From: a virus
DNA: 64,000 bases
IMG/VR virus record: IMGVR_UViG_3300014839_000005
Location: 64,501 to 128,500 of that record
Reading direction: 5' to 3' (one strand)
Shown here one piece after another: positions 38,465 to 48,400 of the stretch. The translations under genes were made by a program, and so were the position numbers. Each line of letters begins with the position of its first letter. Within the stretch, counting starts at the first letter, position 1. Under the pieces are notes generated by a model. That model searched no databases, was not told the origin of the DNA, and worked only from the letters and a program-made list of their open reading frames with translations.

Positions 38465-41074
38465 ATGTCATACCAGGGCCCAAATGTATCAGTACAACAA
38501 AATTTTTTAGCGACTCCTCCGGCTACTGCAGTTGAAAATCTGCCCCCTGCCGGAATAGGAACAGCATATGATGTATATAGTAAAGAAGCTCTCGGAACAT
38601 CATATGGTATACATTCAAATACCTTTCTTTGGGGAGCTGACGATGTCATATGGGGTGAAAGTGTTATTGGAGATCGTCTTTATAATTTTTATCCCGTGAC
38701 AGCTTATGCAAATCCAACATTAAGGTATAGAAATACCGCTTCTCTTGGTAATATTGCCATCAACCCGACAAAAAGTTCTACAGGAATCACACTTGGCAAA
38801 GATGACAGATATACAGTTCCGAATACGGAACAACTTGAAGGCCTTTGCGAAGCTTTTATTCCCTACTATCACAAAACTCTTGGAACTGATAAGGTTCAAA
38901 TTCTTGCTGGAAAACTTGATACTGTAATTGCCACTGGAGCTTCTTTTGCAACATCAAAACTTCAACCAGGACAGGCAGTAATTGCTGGTAATGCTGCTAG
39001 TTTAGCTTCATTTGTTTTACTTGGAACTATTCAATCTGTTGGTATCGATGAAATTACTATTAAATTGACAAAAGCTTATTCAGGCGCTGTCAGTTTTGAT
39101 ACTATCATCATCGGTACTTCAACAGTTGGTGGTGATCATGATTTTGATGATCTTGATAATGCTAATTGTCTGTATGACCCTAATGCCGATTTTATTACTA
39201 ATCAAGTTAATGTCGGAGATCTTGTTAGATTTTCAAGTCTTGCTCTTGGATCAACTAATGTATTTACCGCATCAATTACTTCAGTAGTAAATAAAAACAT
39301 GATTCAGTTTAATACTATTGAGTCTACTGCCGGTGAGGAAGATTTTAATTTTTATACTTATTTTCCGAAGAATAGAGACTCACAGGCAACTCCTGCTTCA
39401 ACAGTTGCAATTTCTACATATCGCATTGAACGATTTGTTGGATTTTCACAGAATTATGGTTTTTCCAGTATGGATTGTGTAAGACTTTCTGATACTTCAT
39501 TTGCAATTGCCGTGAGTAAGGGAGCGGCACTTCTGAGTAAAGGTGATTATATTGCGGCCACAGTACTTGATATTACAACTCCTACACATTATTACATAAT
39601 CGATACAGTTACTATAGGAACAATCACTATTTCTGGGACAACTACTACAACAACTACCTCGACTACGGCAGCTCCTGAACTTTATCAGATTTATACAACT
39701 CTTGAGGTTATTCTTAATGATGCTGACAGCGCTATTGCAACAGGTAATTTCATTCATGCCTGGCACCCTATGATTACCAGCAATATTCTTGCTGATTTCA
39801 GGGCTGTTCGTCCTGAAGAGTATATGATTGCCAAACGCATTACCAGTCAGCAGGATATAGTGACTGCATGGTGCAAAGACAATGTTATCAGCCCATATAA
39901 TGAACTGGCATATGCAATGTCAATTGCTCTTTCTTCTGCAGGTGGTAATGTTTGTTATGGAATTAATGTTAATTCAACTGCTATTAATCTTTCCGCAGAA
40001 TATGCAGAAGCAATGGAAGAACTTAAAATGCTTGATATATACAGTCATTTCTTCTGTACGACTGATAGCGGTGTAAACGCTCTTATGTCTCCATATTGTT
40101 TGGAACAATCCGAACCTTATGAAGCTCATGAGCGCATCGGACTTCTTTGCTATGATTCTCAGGATGTTTATTTACAGGGCGTAGGAACAGGAACAACAAA
40201 TTCAGGTGGAGTTATTACTATAGCATCTGGAACAATCAATCTTCCTGTTATTGGAGTTAGTAAGGGTGATGCGGTTGAAATTTATAATAGTAATGGTGTT
40301 TATAAAGCAACCGTTAATGTTATATCAACACCATCATCTGCAATTCCTAATGTGTGTGATACAGATGGTGATAATGCTTATAGTAGTGCTACTATGACAT
40401 TTAAATTCATGTCCAATAGGAAAGATGATCAAGCCATCAGGATAGGCGCTCTTGCTGCAGGTGATCGTCGTGTATCAATCGTGTGGCCTGGATGGTTTGA
40501 TGCTAATATTGGAACTACCGCACTTACTTTGCCTCCGTATTATATTGCAGCGGTAATTGCTGGTATGGATAGTGTTAATAATCCAGCTCAGTCTTTCACG
40601 AATAAGAATTTTTCAATTCCTGGTGTTTCTAATATTCAATTGAACACAAATTCTTATTTCAGGAAAGCGCAGTTGGATACTATTGGCGGTGGCGGTATCG
40701 ATATCATGATTCAAGACGGAAGTATCTCGCAGGTTATTCGTTCACGTCATGATTTGACAACGAATATGGATGCCGTCGAATATAGGGAACGCTCTATCAC
40801 AAAACAGGCTGATGTATCAGCCAAAACACTCCGTAATTCGATTAACCCATATGTCGGTAAATATAATATTACCGGATCTTTACTTACTTTTATAGGTCAA
40901 GTTTGCGCTATTGTTGCTACGACTCTCGTTAAAAATGGTATTATTGCTAATATGTCAATTGGATCAATCGTAAGAGATAAAAATATCGCCGACAAGATTA
41001 ATATTAATGTAACAACAACGGTCTTTGTCGCCGGTAATTACTATGATATTCAGATGCTTATCGTTTCGAGGTAA
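38465..41074 (+). CDS. Contractile tail sheath protein (enlarged)
   Basis: C-terminal sheath-like region (RHDLTT, ERSITKQAD, PYVGKYN), followed by a tube-sized gene; internal poly-Thr insert. Confidence 0.8.
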   Translation: MSYQGPNVSVQQNFLATPPATAVENLPPAGIGTAYDVYSKEALGTSYGIHSNTFLWGADDVIWGESVIGDRLYNFYPVTAYANPTLRYRNTASLGNIAINPTKSSTGITLGKDDRYTVPNTEQLEGLCEAFIPYYHKTLGTDKVQILAGKLDTVIATGASFATSKLQPGQAVIAGNAASLASFVLLGTIQSVGIDEITIKLTKAYSGAVSFDTIIIGTSTVGGDHDFDDLDNANCLYDPNADFITNQVNVGDLVRFSSLALGSTNVFTASITSVVNKNMIQFNTIESTAGEEDFNFYTYFPKNRDSQATPASTVAISTYRIERFVGFSQNYGFSSMDCVRLSDTSFAIAVSKGAALLSKGDYIAATVLDITTPTHYYIIDTVTIGTITISGTTTTTTTSTTAAPELYQIYTTLEVILNDADSAIATGNFIHAWHPMITSNILADFRAVRPEEYMIAKRITSQQDIVTAWCKDNVISPYNELAYAMSIALSSAGGNVCYGINVNSTAINLSAEYAEAMEELKMLDIYSHFFCTTDSGVNALMSPYCLEQSEPYEAHERIGLLCYDSQDVYLQGVGTGTTNSGGVITIASGTINLPVIGVSKGDAVEIYNSNGVYKATVNVISTPSSAIPNVCDTDGDNAYSSATMTFKFMSNRKDDQAIRIGALAAGDRRVSIVWPGWFDANIGTTALTLPPYYIAAVIAGMDSVNNPAQSFTNKNFSIPGVSNIQLNTNSYFRKAQLDTIGGGGIDIMIQDGSISQVIRSRHDLTTNMDAVEYRERSITKQADVSAKTLRNSINPYVGKYNITGSLLTFIGQVCAIVATTLVKNGIIANMSIGSIVRDKNIADKININVTTTVFVAGNYYDIQMLIVSR

Positions 41075-41111
41075 ACTGTAATTTTTAGTAACGACTAACA
41101 AGGAGTATTAT

Positions 41112-41933
41112 ATGGCTGATAATGGAGTAACAGGACCCAGCACAATAAGTAATGTTGTAAACCATGCGAGTGGTTGGGATTGGGAAAATAAACACGTTAC
41201 CGGCTCATTTGAGGATGTGAGCGGAAAACCAAAAAATATTTCTATTTATGATATCATTGAATCAGGAACTGTATTAATTGCAGCTGGACCAGCGGATATT
41301 AGCGCTGCGGCGACACCTCCTACTGGGTCTGGAACAAATACTGTTGGTGGTGTTCGAATAGTTCCTATAGGCCTTGTTGAGACAGTTCAAATTAATATGA
41401 ATAAGCCCCTAAGTCGTATTTTTGAAATTGGATCAAAACTTAGTTACATTATTCCAGGCAGAACAGTAGGTGCTATTTCAATTAATAGAGTTTTCTTTGA
41501 TGGACCAAGTCTTCTTAAAATTTTGTATGCTGGTGAAGTTGATGAAACTACTGAGGCATCAGATTTGATTAACAGATATGGAAATTTTAAGAGTGACGCA
41601 CGGGCCCTTGGCAGGTATGCTCATATTAGTTCTGGTAATATAGCAATGAATCTGGCATCTACATTTTTTGATCAACCTGTTGGTCTCGCATTTTTCTTTG
41701 CTGATAGAGCAAACCAGACTGTTGGTCAAATTTATTTTGAAGGATGCAGTGTTAGTGCTTATAATATGGGAATTTCTGCAAATATGAATGTTCTTACTGA
41801 AGCTATTAATATGGAATTTATTCGCTGTCGCCCCATTGTTACAACATCGTCTGACGCATGGGTTGATGGCACCAATATGTTGGCGGATCTTAACATTGTT
41901 GGCCCAAAAGATAATACACCAACGCCTCCTTAA
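41112..41933 (+). CDS. Tail tube protein
   Basis: Follows the sheath gene; PIGLV...RIFEIGS...IPGR. Confidence 0.7.
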   Translation: MADNGVTGPSTISNVVNHASGWDWENKHVTGSFEDVSGKPKNISIYDIIESGTVLIAAGPADISAAATPPTGSGTNTVGGVRIVPIGLVETVQINMNKPLSRIFEIGSKLSYIIPGRTVGAISINRVFFDGPSLLKILYAGEVDETTEASDLINRYGNFKSDARALGRYAHISSGNIAMNLASTFFDQPVGLAFFFADRANQTVGQIYFEGCSVSAYNMGISANMNVLTEAINMEFIRCRPIVTTSSDAWVDGTNMLADLNIVGPKDNTPTPP

Positions 41934-41966
41934 TAATAGCTAAAAAAAAGAACGTTTAAGTTCTTT

Positions 41967-41995
41967 AAAACCCCTCTAAAAAGAGGGGTTTTTTA
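41967..41995. terminator. Terminator at the convergence of the structural and early regions
   Basis: AAAACCCCTC-TAAAA-GAGGGGTTTT plus T-run; a second hairpin near 42013-42040 on minus. Confidence 0.8.
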
Positions 41996-42009
41996 TTTCT
42001 ATTTCATAC

Positions 42010-42549
42010 CTAAAAACGGCGTCCCCCTGTTCGGGGGCGTCTATCAAACTGTGTCTTAGAAATGACAGGTCGTTTGCCATTAGAGCAACCAAGACCTCTA
42101 GCAGCAAGGTTTCCCACCACTCCCTTGACTGTACCTTTGGGTGACTTGTCGGAGACCCTTGGGATCTTTTTATCCAGCTTTACTGGAGCAATTTTTATTG
42201 ATGAAATCTGCTTCAATTTAGCAGCAGCTTTCAATATACTAATAGGAATATTAACTGTTTTTTGTAAATCATCAAACCACATGAGAAATAATAGACAGCA
42301 TATTGCATGAGCAAGATGTGCTATACCGCTATCTGAATCTTTAATTTTATTTTTTCTCCAATCAACGATATGACGCATAGCCGCAGCATAATATCGAGGT
42401 CCTGGATTACTGACCATTTCCCAGTTATAATCGCCATACTTAATAGCGCCGTGCGTAAGTACAGCAACAACTTGTTCAATTTGTTCCATAGGAAGCAGAT
42501 CCCATCTAAGTTTCCCAAGGTCATCTTTTCTGCCAATCTTTTCCGGCAC
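42010..42549 (-). CDS. dATP/dGTP diphosphohydrolase-like (DUF5664-type) protein with a basic tail
   Basis: KDDLGKLRWDLLP, GAIKYGDYNW, HLAHAICCLLF; GTG start after GGAGG. Confidence 0.75.
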   Translation of the reverse strand: MPEKIGRKDDLGKLRWDLLPMEQIEQVVAVLTHGAIKYGDYNWEMVSNPGPRYYAAAMRHIVDWRKNKIKDSDSGIAHLAHAICCLLFLMWFDDLQKTVNIPISILKAAAKLKQISSIKIAPVKLDKKIPRVSDKSPKGTVKGVVGNLAARGLGCSNGKRPVISKTQFDRRPRTGGRRF

Positions 42550-42599
42550 TTTCACCTCCGATAAATTGTTAAAATGTTTTTTCCAACCTTGATTGAACA

Positions 42600-43075
42600 A
42601 TGAGTAGACTGTGACCCACGGCAGCAGCGGCTGCATAGGGTCCCCGAGATCTTATAATATAAGAAGGGATTCGCCGTCATTTATGTCGCAATCGAAGGTC
42701 GACACCCGATGTCGGCATCCATCTCATTGTATTTACCTTTTCACGAGCGCAACATATCTGATCAAAGAATTATGATATCGATAAGAGCGAAGTGAAAAGG
42801 TAAATAATAAGAAACTGGAACGTTACGTTCCAAAAAGGTCGTTGGAAAAATGAATTTTTAAGACATGCTTTAACTAGTAGAACAATGTGAAACTATGGAA
42901 ATTATAGCACTGCAGCATGTGAGATCCCAATCCAGGATACTTCCCATTCTTGCAGGTCGATTCTTCATTCCTCAAGGCGTAGCACTTGAGGAATGTATTT
43001 GCAGAAAAGCGTTTCGCTTCCCTAATACAAAGCCTTAAAGCAGAAGAGGAAGTAACGATTTTAATCATTACTTCC
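42600..43075 (-). ncRNA. Candidate large structured RNA (unidentified)
   Basis: Perfect inverted repeats of 15 bp (42730-44/42792-806), 11 bp (42966-76/42985-95) and 8 bp long-range (42866-73/43035-42); dyad motif at 43085. Confidence 0.5.
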
Positions 43076-43077
43076 TC

Positions 43078-43112
43078 CATTATAGTTATTCCAAAAAACG
43101 ACTTAAAATAAC
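43078..43112 (-). promoter_or_regulatory. GTTAT-N18-ATAAC-TATAATG motif, copy 5
   Basis: Half-sites at 43085-43089 and 43108-43112. Confidence 0.75.
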
Positions 43113-43268
43113 ATTCACAATTTAAACTAAAGATCGAAACGGTTGCACGTAGTAATCAACGCCTGACTCAGGATCCTAGGTCCGCGCCGGCGCTGGGCCC
43201 CGAAGGCCATCTGAAGATTTCCCTGCGTCATCGCAGGGAAAATATCGAAAGAGTCTGGTGCAGACTCC
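43113..43268. repeat. Structured intergenic element A (paralog of 45290-45450)
   Basis: Shared TTAAACT(AA)AGATCGA, GCCTGA, GCCGGCG and a covarying GAG[T/G]CTG-GTG-CAG[A/C]CTC hairpin. Confidence 0.6.
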
Positions 43269-43296
43269 TATAGATATTGCTTTAAATTTGTGAATA

Positions 43297-43605
43297 TTAT
43301 CTTACCATTTCAATATAATCTTTGCACTTACGACTTCCAACTAAACAAGATTTAATTCGGCCTTTTTTGAATGAGATGACTGTGGGGACTGACATAACTG
43401 AAAAACGGGTAGCGGTTTCTGGAGCATGGAAGACATTTATTTTTACTATTTTTACTGAGTCTCCTAGCTCTTTTTCCGCATCTGTCAAGGCTTTTTCTAC
43501 TTGGGAACAAGGGACACAGGAGGGGCTATAAAAATCTACGATTACATCTTTGTCTTCACACATCACTTCCGACTCAAATGAATTATCATGGATTTCTCTT
43601 GGCAT
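43297..43605 (-). CDS. trxA: Thioredoxin
   Basis: VIVDFYSPSCVPC, VMSVPTV. Confidence 0.85.
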   Translation of the reverse strand: MPREIHDNSFESEVMCEDKDVIVDFYSPSCVPCSQVEKALTDAEKELGDSVKIVKINVFHAPETATRFSVMSVPTVISFKKGRIKSCLVGSRKCKDYIEMVR

Positions 43606-43742
43606 AGCTTTTTCTCCTGTGATTTTATAATGGAAGGTGTCCTTGAGGTTAGTATAATTAATATATCATATCGTGATTTCTTCATCAAGATTTTTCGAGA
43701 TAAATAATCACTTTATTCAGAGCAAAGCCCGTGCCCCTTAAC

Positions 43743-44003
43743 TTAAATATTTAAACCCCAGATCAAGGCCGTCTTTCCAGTTACTGAACACCTTCTTTTA
43801 CCTTTTTCAACCACTATCCCCATTTTTCGCATCTCACTTAAGCGCTTCCATAATCCCTCAATTCCGGCATTCATACATATTTCTCTGCCAGTAAGAGGAT
43901 ATTTGCTTATTTCAAGAGTTTCGATAACAGTTCTTATTAATTTGGCATGTGATTCAGAACTCTTAAACTCATCCCATGACTTTTTGCTCGTCTCCTGTTC
44001 CAT
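43743..44003 (-). CDS. Small winged-HTH-like protein
   Basis: LTGREI...KRLSEMRKMGIVVEKGKR. Confidence 0.5.
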   Translation of the reverse strand: MEQETSKKSWDEFKSSESHAKLIRTVIETLEISKYPLTGREICMNAGIEGLWKRLSEMRKMGIVVEKGKRRCSVTGKTALIWGLNI

Positions 44004-44580
44004 ACGTTAGCTCCAATTCCATTTGTTCATACCATTTTTTATCTTTATCTTCAGATTTAACAAGATTAAAATTATCAGGCTTATATTTCATAATCTTCGT
44101 TATTTCTATTAAAGATAAAGGATAAAAATTATTATTATCTACTCCAACATCGTGGCTTTTACCTTCGGAGGGAAGTTTACCATGACTATGGCCATATAAA
44201 TGCCATGAATTATAATGTGATTTGGGCCACACTCGCATACACCAATGACAAAGAGTAATTGGTGTAGGAGAATGATTTAACATCATTAATGATGTATTAT
44301 CACTTATCTGTGCTAAACCAGTATACCAAGGGCCATCATGATCTCCTCTAATTAAAATGATTTGACCATTTAATTTTGAAATAATATTTTTTCGTTCTAT
44401 TTTAGAATGAGTATAAATAAAATCTCCAACGACGTATACAACATCAATAGCATTTTTAACCTTACTATTCCATCTTTCAATCAGAGTTTTATTCATATGT
44501 TCAATATTATTAAATGGTCGATGACAATATTTGATAATATTGGTATGACAAAAATGTTGATCTGCAGTAAAAAAAATCAT
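43969..44580 (-). CDS. Calcineurin-like metallophosphoesterase
   Basis: ADQH, VGD, RGDHD, HLYGHSH, DVGVD. Confidence 0.85.
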   Translation of the reverse strand: MIFFTADQHFCHTNIIKYCHRPFNNIEHMNKTLIERWNSKVKNAIDVVYVVGDFIYTHSKIERKNIISKLNGQIILIRGDHDGPWYTGLAQISDNTSLMMLNHSPTPITLCHWCMRVWPKSHYNSWHLYGHSHGKLPSEGKSHDVGVDNNNFYPLSLIEITKIMKYKPDNFNLVKSEDKDKKWYEQMELELTYGTGDEQKVMG

Positions 44581-44589
44581 TCTTACTCC

Positions 44590-45228
44590 TTAGAATGGAA
44601 CTTCAGTTTTAATTTCCAGTTCAAGTCCTTCCAATTTAAATACTTCCTGAATAGTCCATTCATGATATTTTTGTTTGATAAAAATCATAGCGATATCTTC
44701 ATCGCCATTTTTATGAATCCATTCCGCCAGTTTTTCGGGTTCATAAAATCTGAGAACAGTTCTTGGACAATCCCTAAGCGTCATAATATAATCACAACCA
44801 TTAATCTGGTCTGAACCGACAGCGTCATCAAATTTTATTTGAGTTTCAGCTTCAAAGAATTCAATTTTATCCACTATTTCAAATTTTGCAAGTTTGCCTT
44901 TCCAAATGATAAAATGAATTTCATCGTAGGTTTCACTCATTTTGGTATTAAATGAGTCACATTCTCCTTCTAAAGCTGAAACTAAATCTTTGGGATACTC
45001 AAAGGGATCAACAATTCCGTCATTATAAATGATGCAATTGTCACCGATTAATTCTACGAAATCAAGAATATCATCAGATTCCAATAATGCCTTTTTATCA
45101 ATTCCATATTTTTCAACAACTTCCTGAAGTTTAAGTTGTTGAAGAGGATTTGCCAATGGATTAACTCGCGTACATAACGAGCAATGCGTGTCGATTTCAT
45201 TTAGAAAAGCGCCACAAACACATTTCAT
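44590..45228 (-). CDS. Hypothetical acidic protein with an N-terminal zinc ribbon
   Basis: CVCG...CSLC; GAGGT RBS. Confidence 0.6.
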   Translation of the reverse strand: MKCVCGAFLNEIDTHCSLCTRVNPLANPLQQLKLQEVVEKYGIDKKALLESDDILDFVELIGDNCIIYNDGIVDPFEYPKDLVSALEGECDSFNTKMSETYDEIHFIIWKGKLAKFEIVDKIEFFEAETQIKFDDAVGSDQINGCDYIMTLRDCPRTVLRFYEPEKLAEWIHKNGDEDIAMIFIKQKYHEWTIQEVFKLEGLELEIKTEVPF

Positions 45229-45254
45229 AATTTACCTCACTGGTTAATTTGTTT

Positions 45255-45289
45255 CATTATTGTTATTACAAAAATTCAATTTTAATAAC
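45255..45289 (-). promoter_or_regulatory. GTTAT-N18-ATAAC-AATAATG motif, copy 6
   Basis: Half-sites at 45262-45266 and 45285-45289. Confidence 0.75.
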
Positions 45290-45450
45290 GTAAGTTTGAT
45301 TAAACTAGATCGACGCGATTTTGTATGTCACGGCAGCCTGAAGACCTTATAATAATACTAATAAGCGGAGCTGCAGTCGACTACGTTCCAGCCGGCGTTA
45401 CTCTTCATCGTTCTACGATGAAATAAAAAGGAGGCTGGTGCAGCCTCCAT
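45290..45450. repeat. Structured intergenic element C (paralog of 43113-43268); includes the RNR terminator
   Basis: Shared blocks as for element A; GGAGGCTG-CAC-CAGCCTCC plus T-run on minus. Confidence 0.6.
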
Positions 45451-45472
45451 ATTTCAAATCTTTAATCAAAAC

Positions 45473-48400
45473 TTAATGATCGCAACCATTACTATGTCCA
45501 CAAGGACATGTTCGACAGCCTTCTTTATATTCTATCTTGCCTTTACATTTATCACAAATACCGGCAGTCTGATCAAGATATTTGCTTAAAATATTGGCAA
45601 TCTGAACATGAAGAGACATCATCCATGAAAATGGAATTTTCTTCAACTGTTTAATAATAACAGTTAAAGGAACTCCATAGCGCATCTGATATGATATTGA
45701 CATACCAAGAGACTCAATCATTTGAGCTTTAAGTTGATTAGCCTCAGTCGCATTGTCGGACTGTCTTTTATAATCAATAAATAATTGTACAGGCCTTCTT
45801 TTGATAAGACCTATATGAATATAAAAAGACTGATCTGGCTCCTCTTTACCTAAAGAAGCTTTAATACGATATGTTTTGGCATCCATTTCTTGAGGAAGGG
45901 TTATCTCTCCATGAACTATCTGACTATCAGGATCGTCAGTTTTCTTTCCGACAGACCCGACATTATTTAAAACCTGCTTTTCCCTGCTTCCATCTCTATA
46001 TACAGTCAATCCTTTGCATTTTAATTCCCAAGCCATAAATATTGCATCAGCTACATCTTTTTCTGTAGCTGAGTTAGGAAGGCCGACTGTTTTTGAAATT
46101 GAAGAGTCAACATATTGCTGAAATGCAGCTTGAACTTTTATATGATCTTGCCAGGGTATTTCTAATGATCTTACAAAATATTCAGGTAGACTGATCTTTG
46201 AATAATCAACTGGAATATTATTCTTAGAACAATCTATGATATATTGTTTCTGATCTTCAGAAATTTTATCATTAACAATGCCTTCAAATACAAGAACTCG
46301 CTTATCATTAATAACTCTCTCGTGATAGTAATTAAAATAAGGCTCAATTCCTGAACTGGCGTTACAAAACATTGACGTAGTTCCAGTTGGAGCTATCGTT
46401 AATAAAGCTTTGTGTTTTCTTTTTCCTCCACCCATCGCTATTGATACGGCATTTGCTTTTTCTTTATAAAATGACATAATATTATGAACTAGCTCAATAC
46501 ATTCAGGAGAGCCATATTTAATATGTAATTTTATAAGAAGATCGGCAAAACCCATTATGCCAGCGCCAATACGACGAGACTCTAACGATTTCTTTTCTAT
46601 TTGAGGAAGAGGAAACTTGTTAACATCAAGAATCATATCGAGCATTTGAATGATAAGTTCAATATTCTTTTCAAATTTCTCATAGTCAAATTCATATTGA
46701 TCCTTATCATTTTTCTTGACCATTAAGCCAAGATTGATGGCTGCTAAATTGCACGACCCCCAATCAGCGAGTGGTTGTTCACCACAATTATGAACAACAA
46801 AATCATTAACAAAACCCCAATTTACTCCAGGAGCTGAAAAGTCATACACTTCTTCTGGAAAAGTATTTTCTTCAATTTTATAAACCTTAGGACACCTTTC
46901 AATTAAAAGATTTAAAAGACTTTCAGTTTTATAAGAATGAACAAAACCGATTTCCTCATAAAATTTTACTATATTAGCAAATTGACCAATATTTAAATCA
47001 TAACTTTCTTTCATCATATATTCACCATTTTTAAACTTATTTAATCTAGTTTTATTTGTAGTAATGTATGAATCAATATCGAATAACAATAAAAGAGATT
47101 GAACTTTTTCAATCATTTTTTTACAAGTAGATTTAAGTGCAATTCTAGATGTAGTTATAACACTACCATTAGCACTATAAAGACCTCTTAAAAATGATTT
47201 GAGTTGTAACAAGGTTACCCTGTCAATAATAGTTGGCAAAGTTCTATATGGAAGAGATTCTTCAGAAAATTCATACTTTTTTAATATATCAGTAAATTCA
47301 TCAGTATAATATTTTCTTCCATCTCTTTCATAATTAAATAATTTCAATATATCATCATCATTTTCACCTATATTAATTTCTAATCCCTTATGACGATATT
47401 TACTTTTTAATCTTCCTAAATTGCCGTCACCTTGTATATAACCCAATTTAACCCATAAAAGATTATGATCAGAAGATGGTTCTGAAAATGCTCTTAACCT
47501 TTCTCCTGTCGTATCCTTGGCTTGAATTTCTCTACCATCAGAAGTCATTATAATATGATTTGGAGTAACTTTTAAGTCATTACTTCCAAAACATTTTAAA
47601 GTTATAGTTTTTTTAACTCCAGTCTTCCAAACCTTACCCTTAACATTTCCAACAGGAGTTTTTATAATAACTTCTTTTCCATCAAGATATTTCAATTGTT
47701 CGTATCCATTTTTAGTGCTTAAAAAACAATCCCCAGAAAAACAGGGGTTCGTACAGTTTATTATATCCTTAGTAAACCCTTCAGGAACTTGTTCCCTATT
47801 AATCGTATCAATAAACAATATTCCTGGCTCTCCATTCTTCCAGGATTGCCTTACTATAGTATCAAACAAATCTCTTGCTTGAACAGTTTGATAAACCTTA
47901 TCCTGCCATTTCAGTTCCCAGGATTGATTATTTTTTACAGATTCCATAAATTTATCTGTAAGCATAACTGATAAATTAAAATTAGATATCTCGCCCTCTT
48001 TATCTTTGATGGTAATAAAATCAAATACATTAGGGTGACCCACATCGAAAGTAGCCATATTTGCACCGCGACGCTTACCACCTTGTTTAATAACATTGGT
48101 AGCGGCATCAAATACTTTTAAAAACGATAATGGTCCAGAAGCCTTACCATTAGTAGATTTAACTAAAGAATCAGTTGGCCTTAAAGATGAAAAACATAGT
48201 CCGGTCCCCCCACCCATTTTATGCACCATAGCTACATTATGAAGCGATTCAAAGATCCCGTGCATAGAGTCCTCCAAAGGCAGTACGAAGCACGCAGACG
48301 CCATAGGAAGATCTCCACCGAGATTCATAAGGGCAGGACTGTTGGGCATCACAGTGCCTTCCTCAAGGGCATTTAAGAAGGATTCAGCCAATTCTTTCTT

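Noticed and set aside
43141-43200. Pistol ribozyme (GCGTTGAT...GTGCAA on minus)
   Set aside because: No matching P1, pseudoknot or P2 partner strand found upstream.
43205-43275. Hammerhead ribozyme (CTGAAGA...GAAA on plus)
   Set aside because: The stem II closing pair and the U at position 16.1 do not fit the canonical core, and the paralog lacks the same arrangement.
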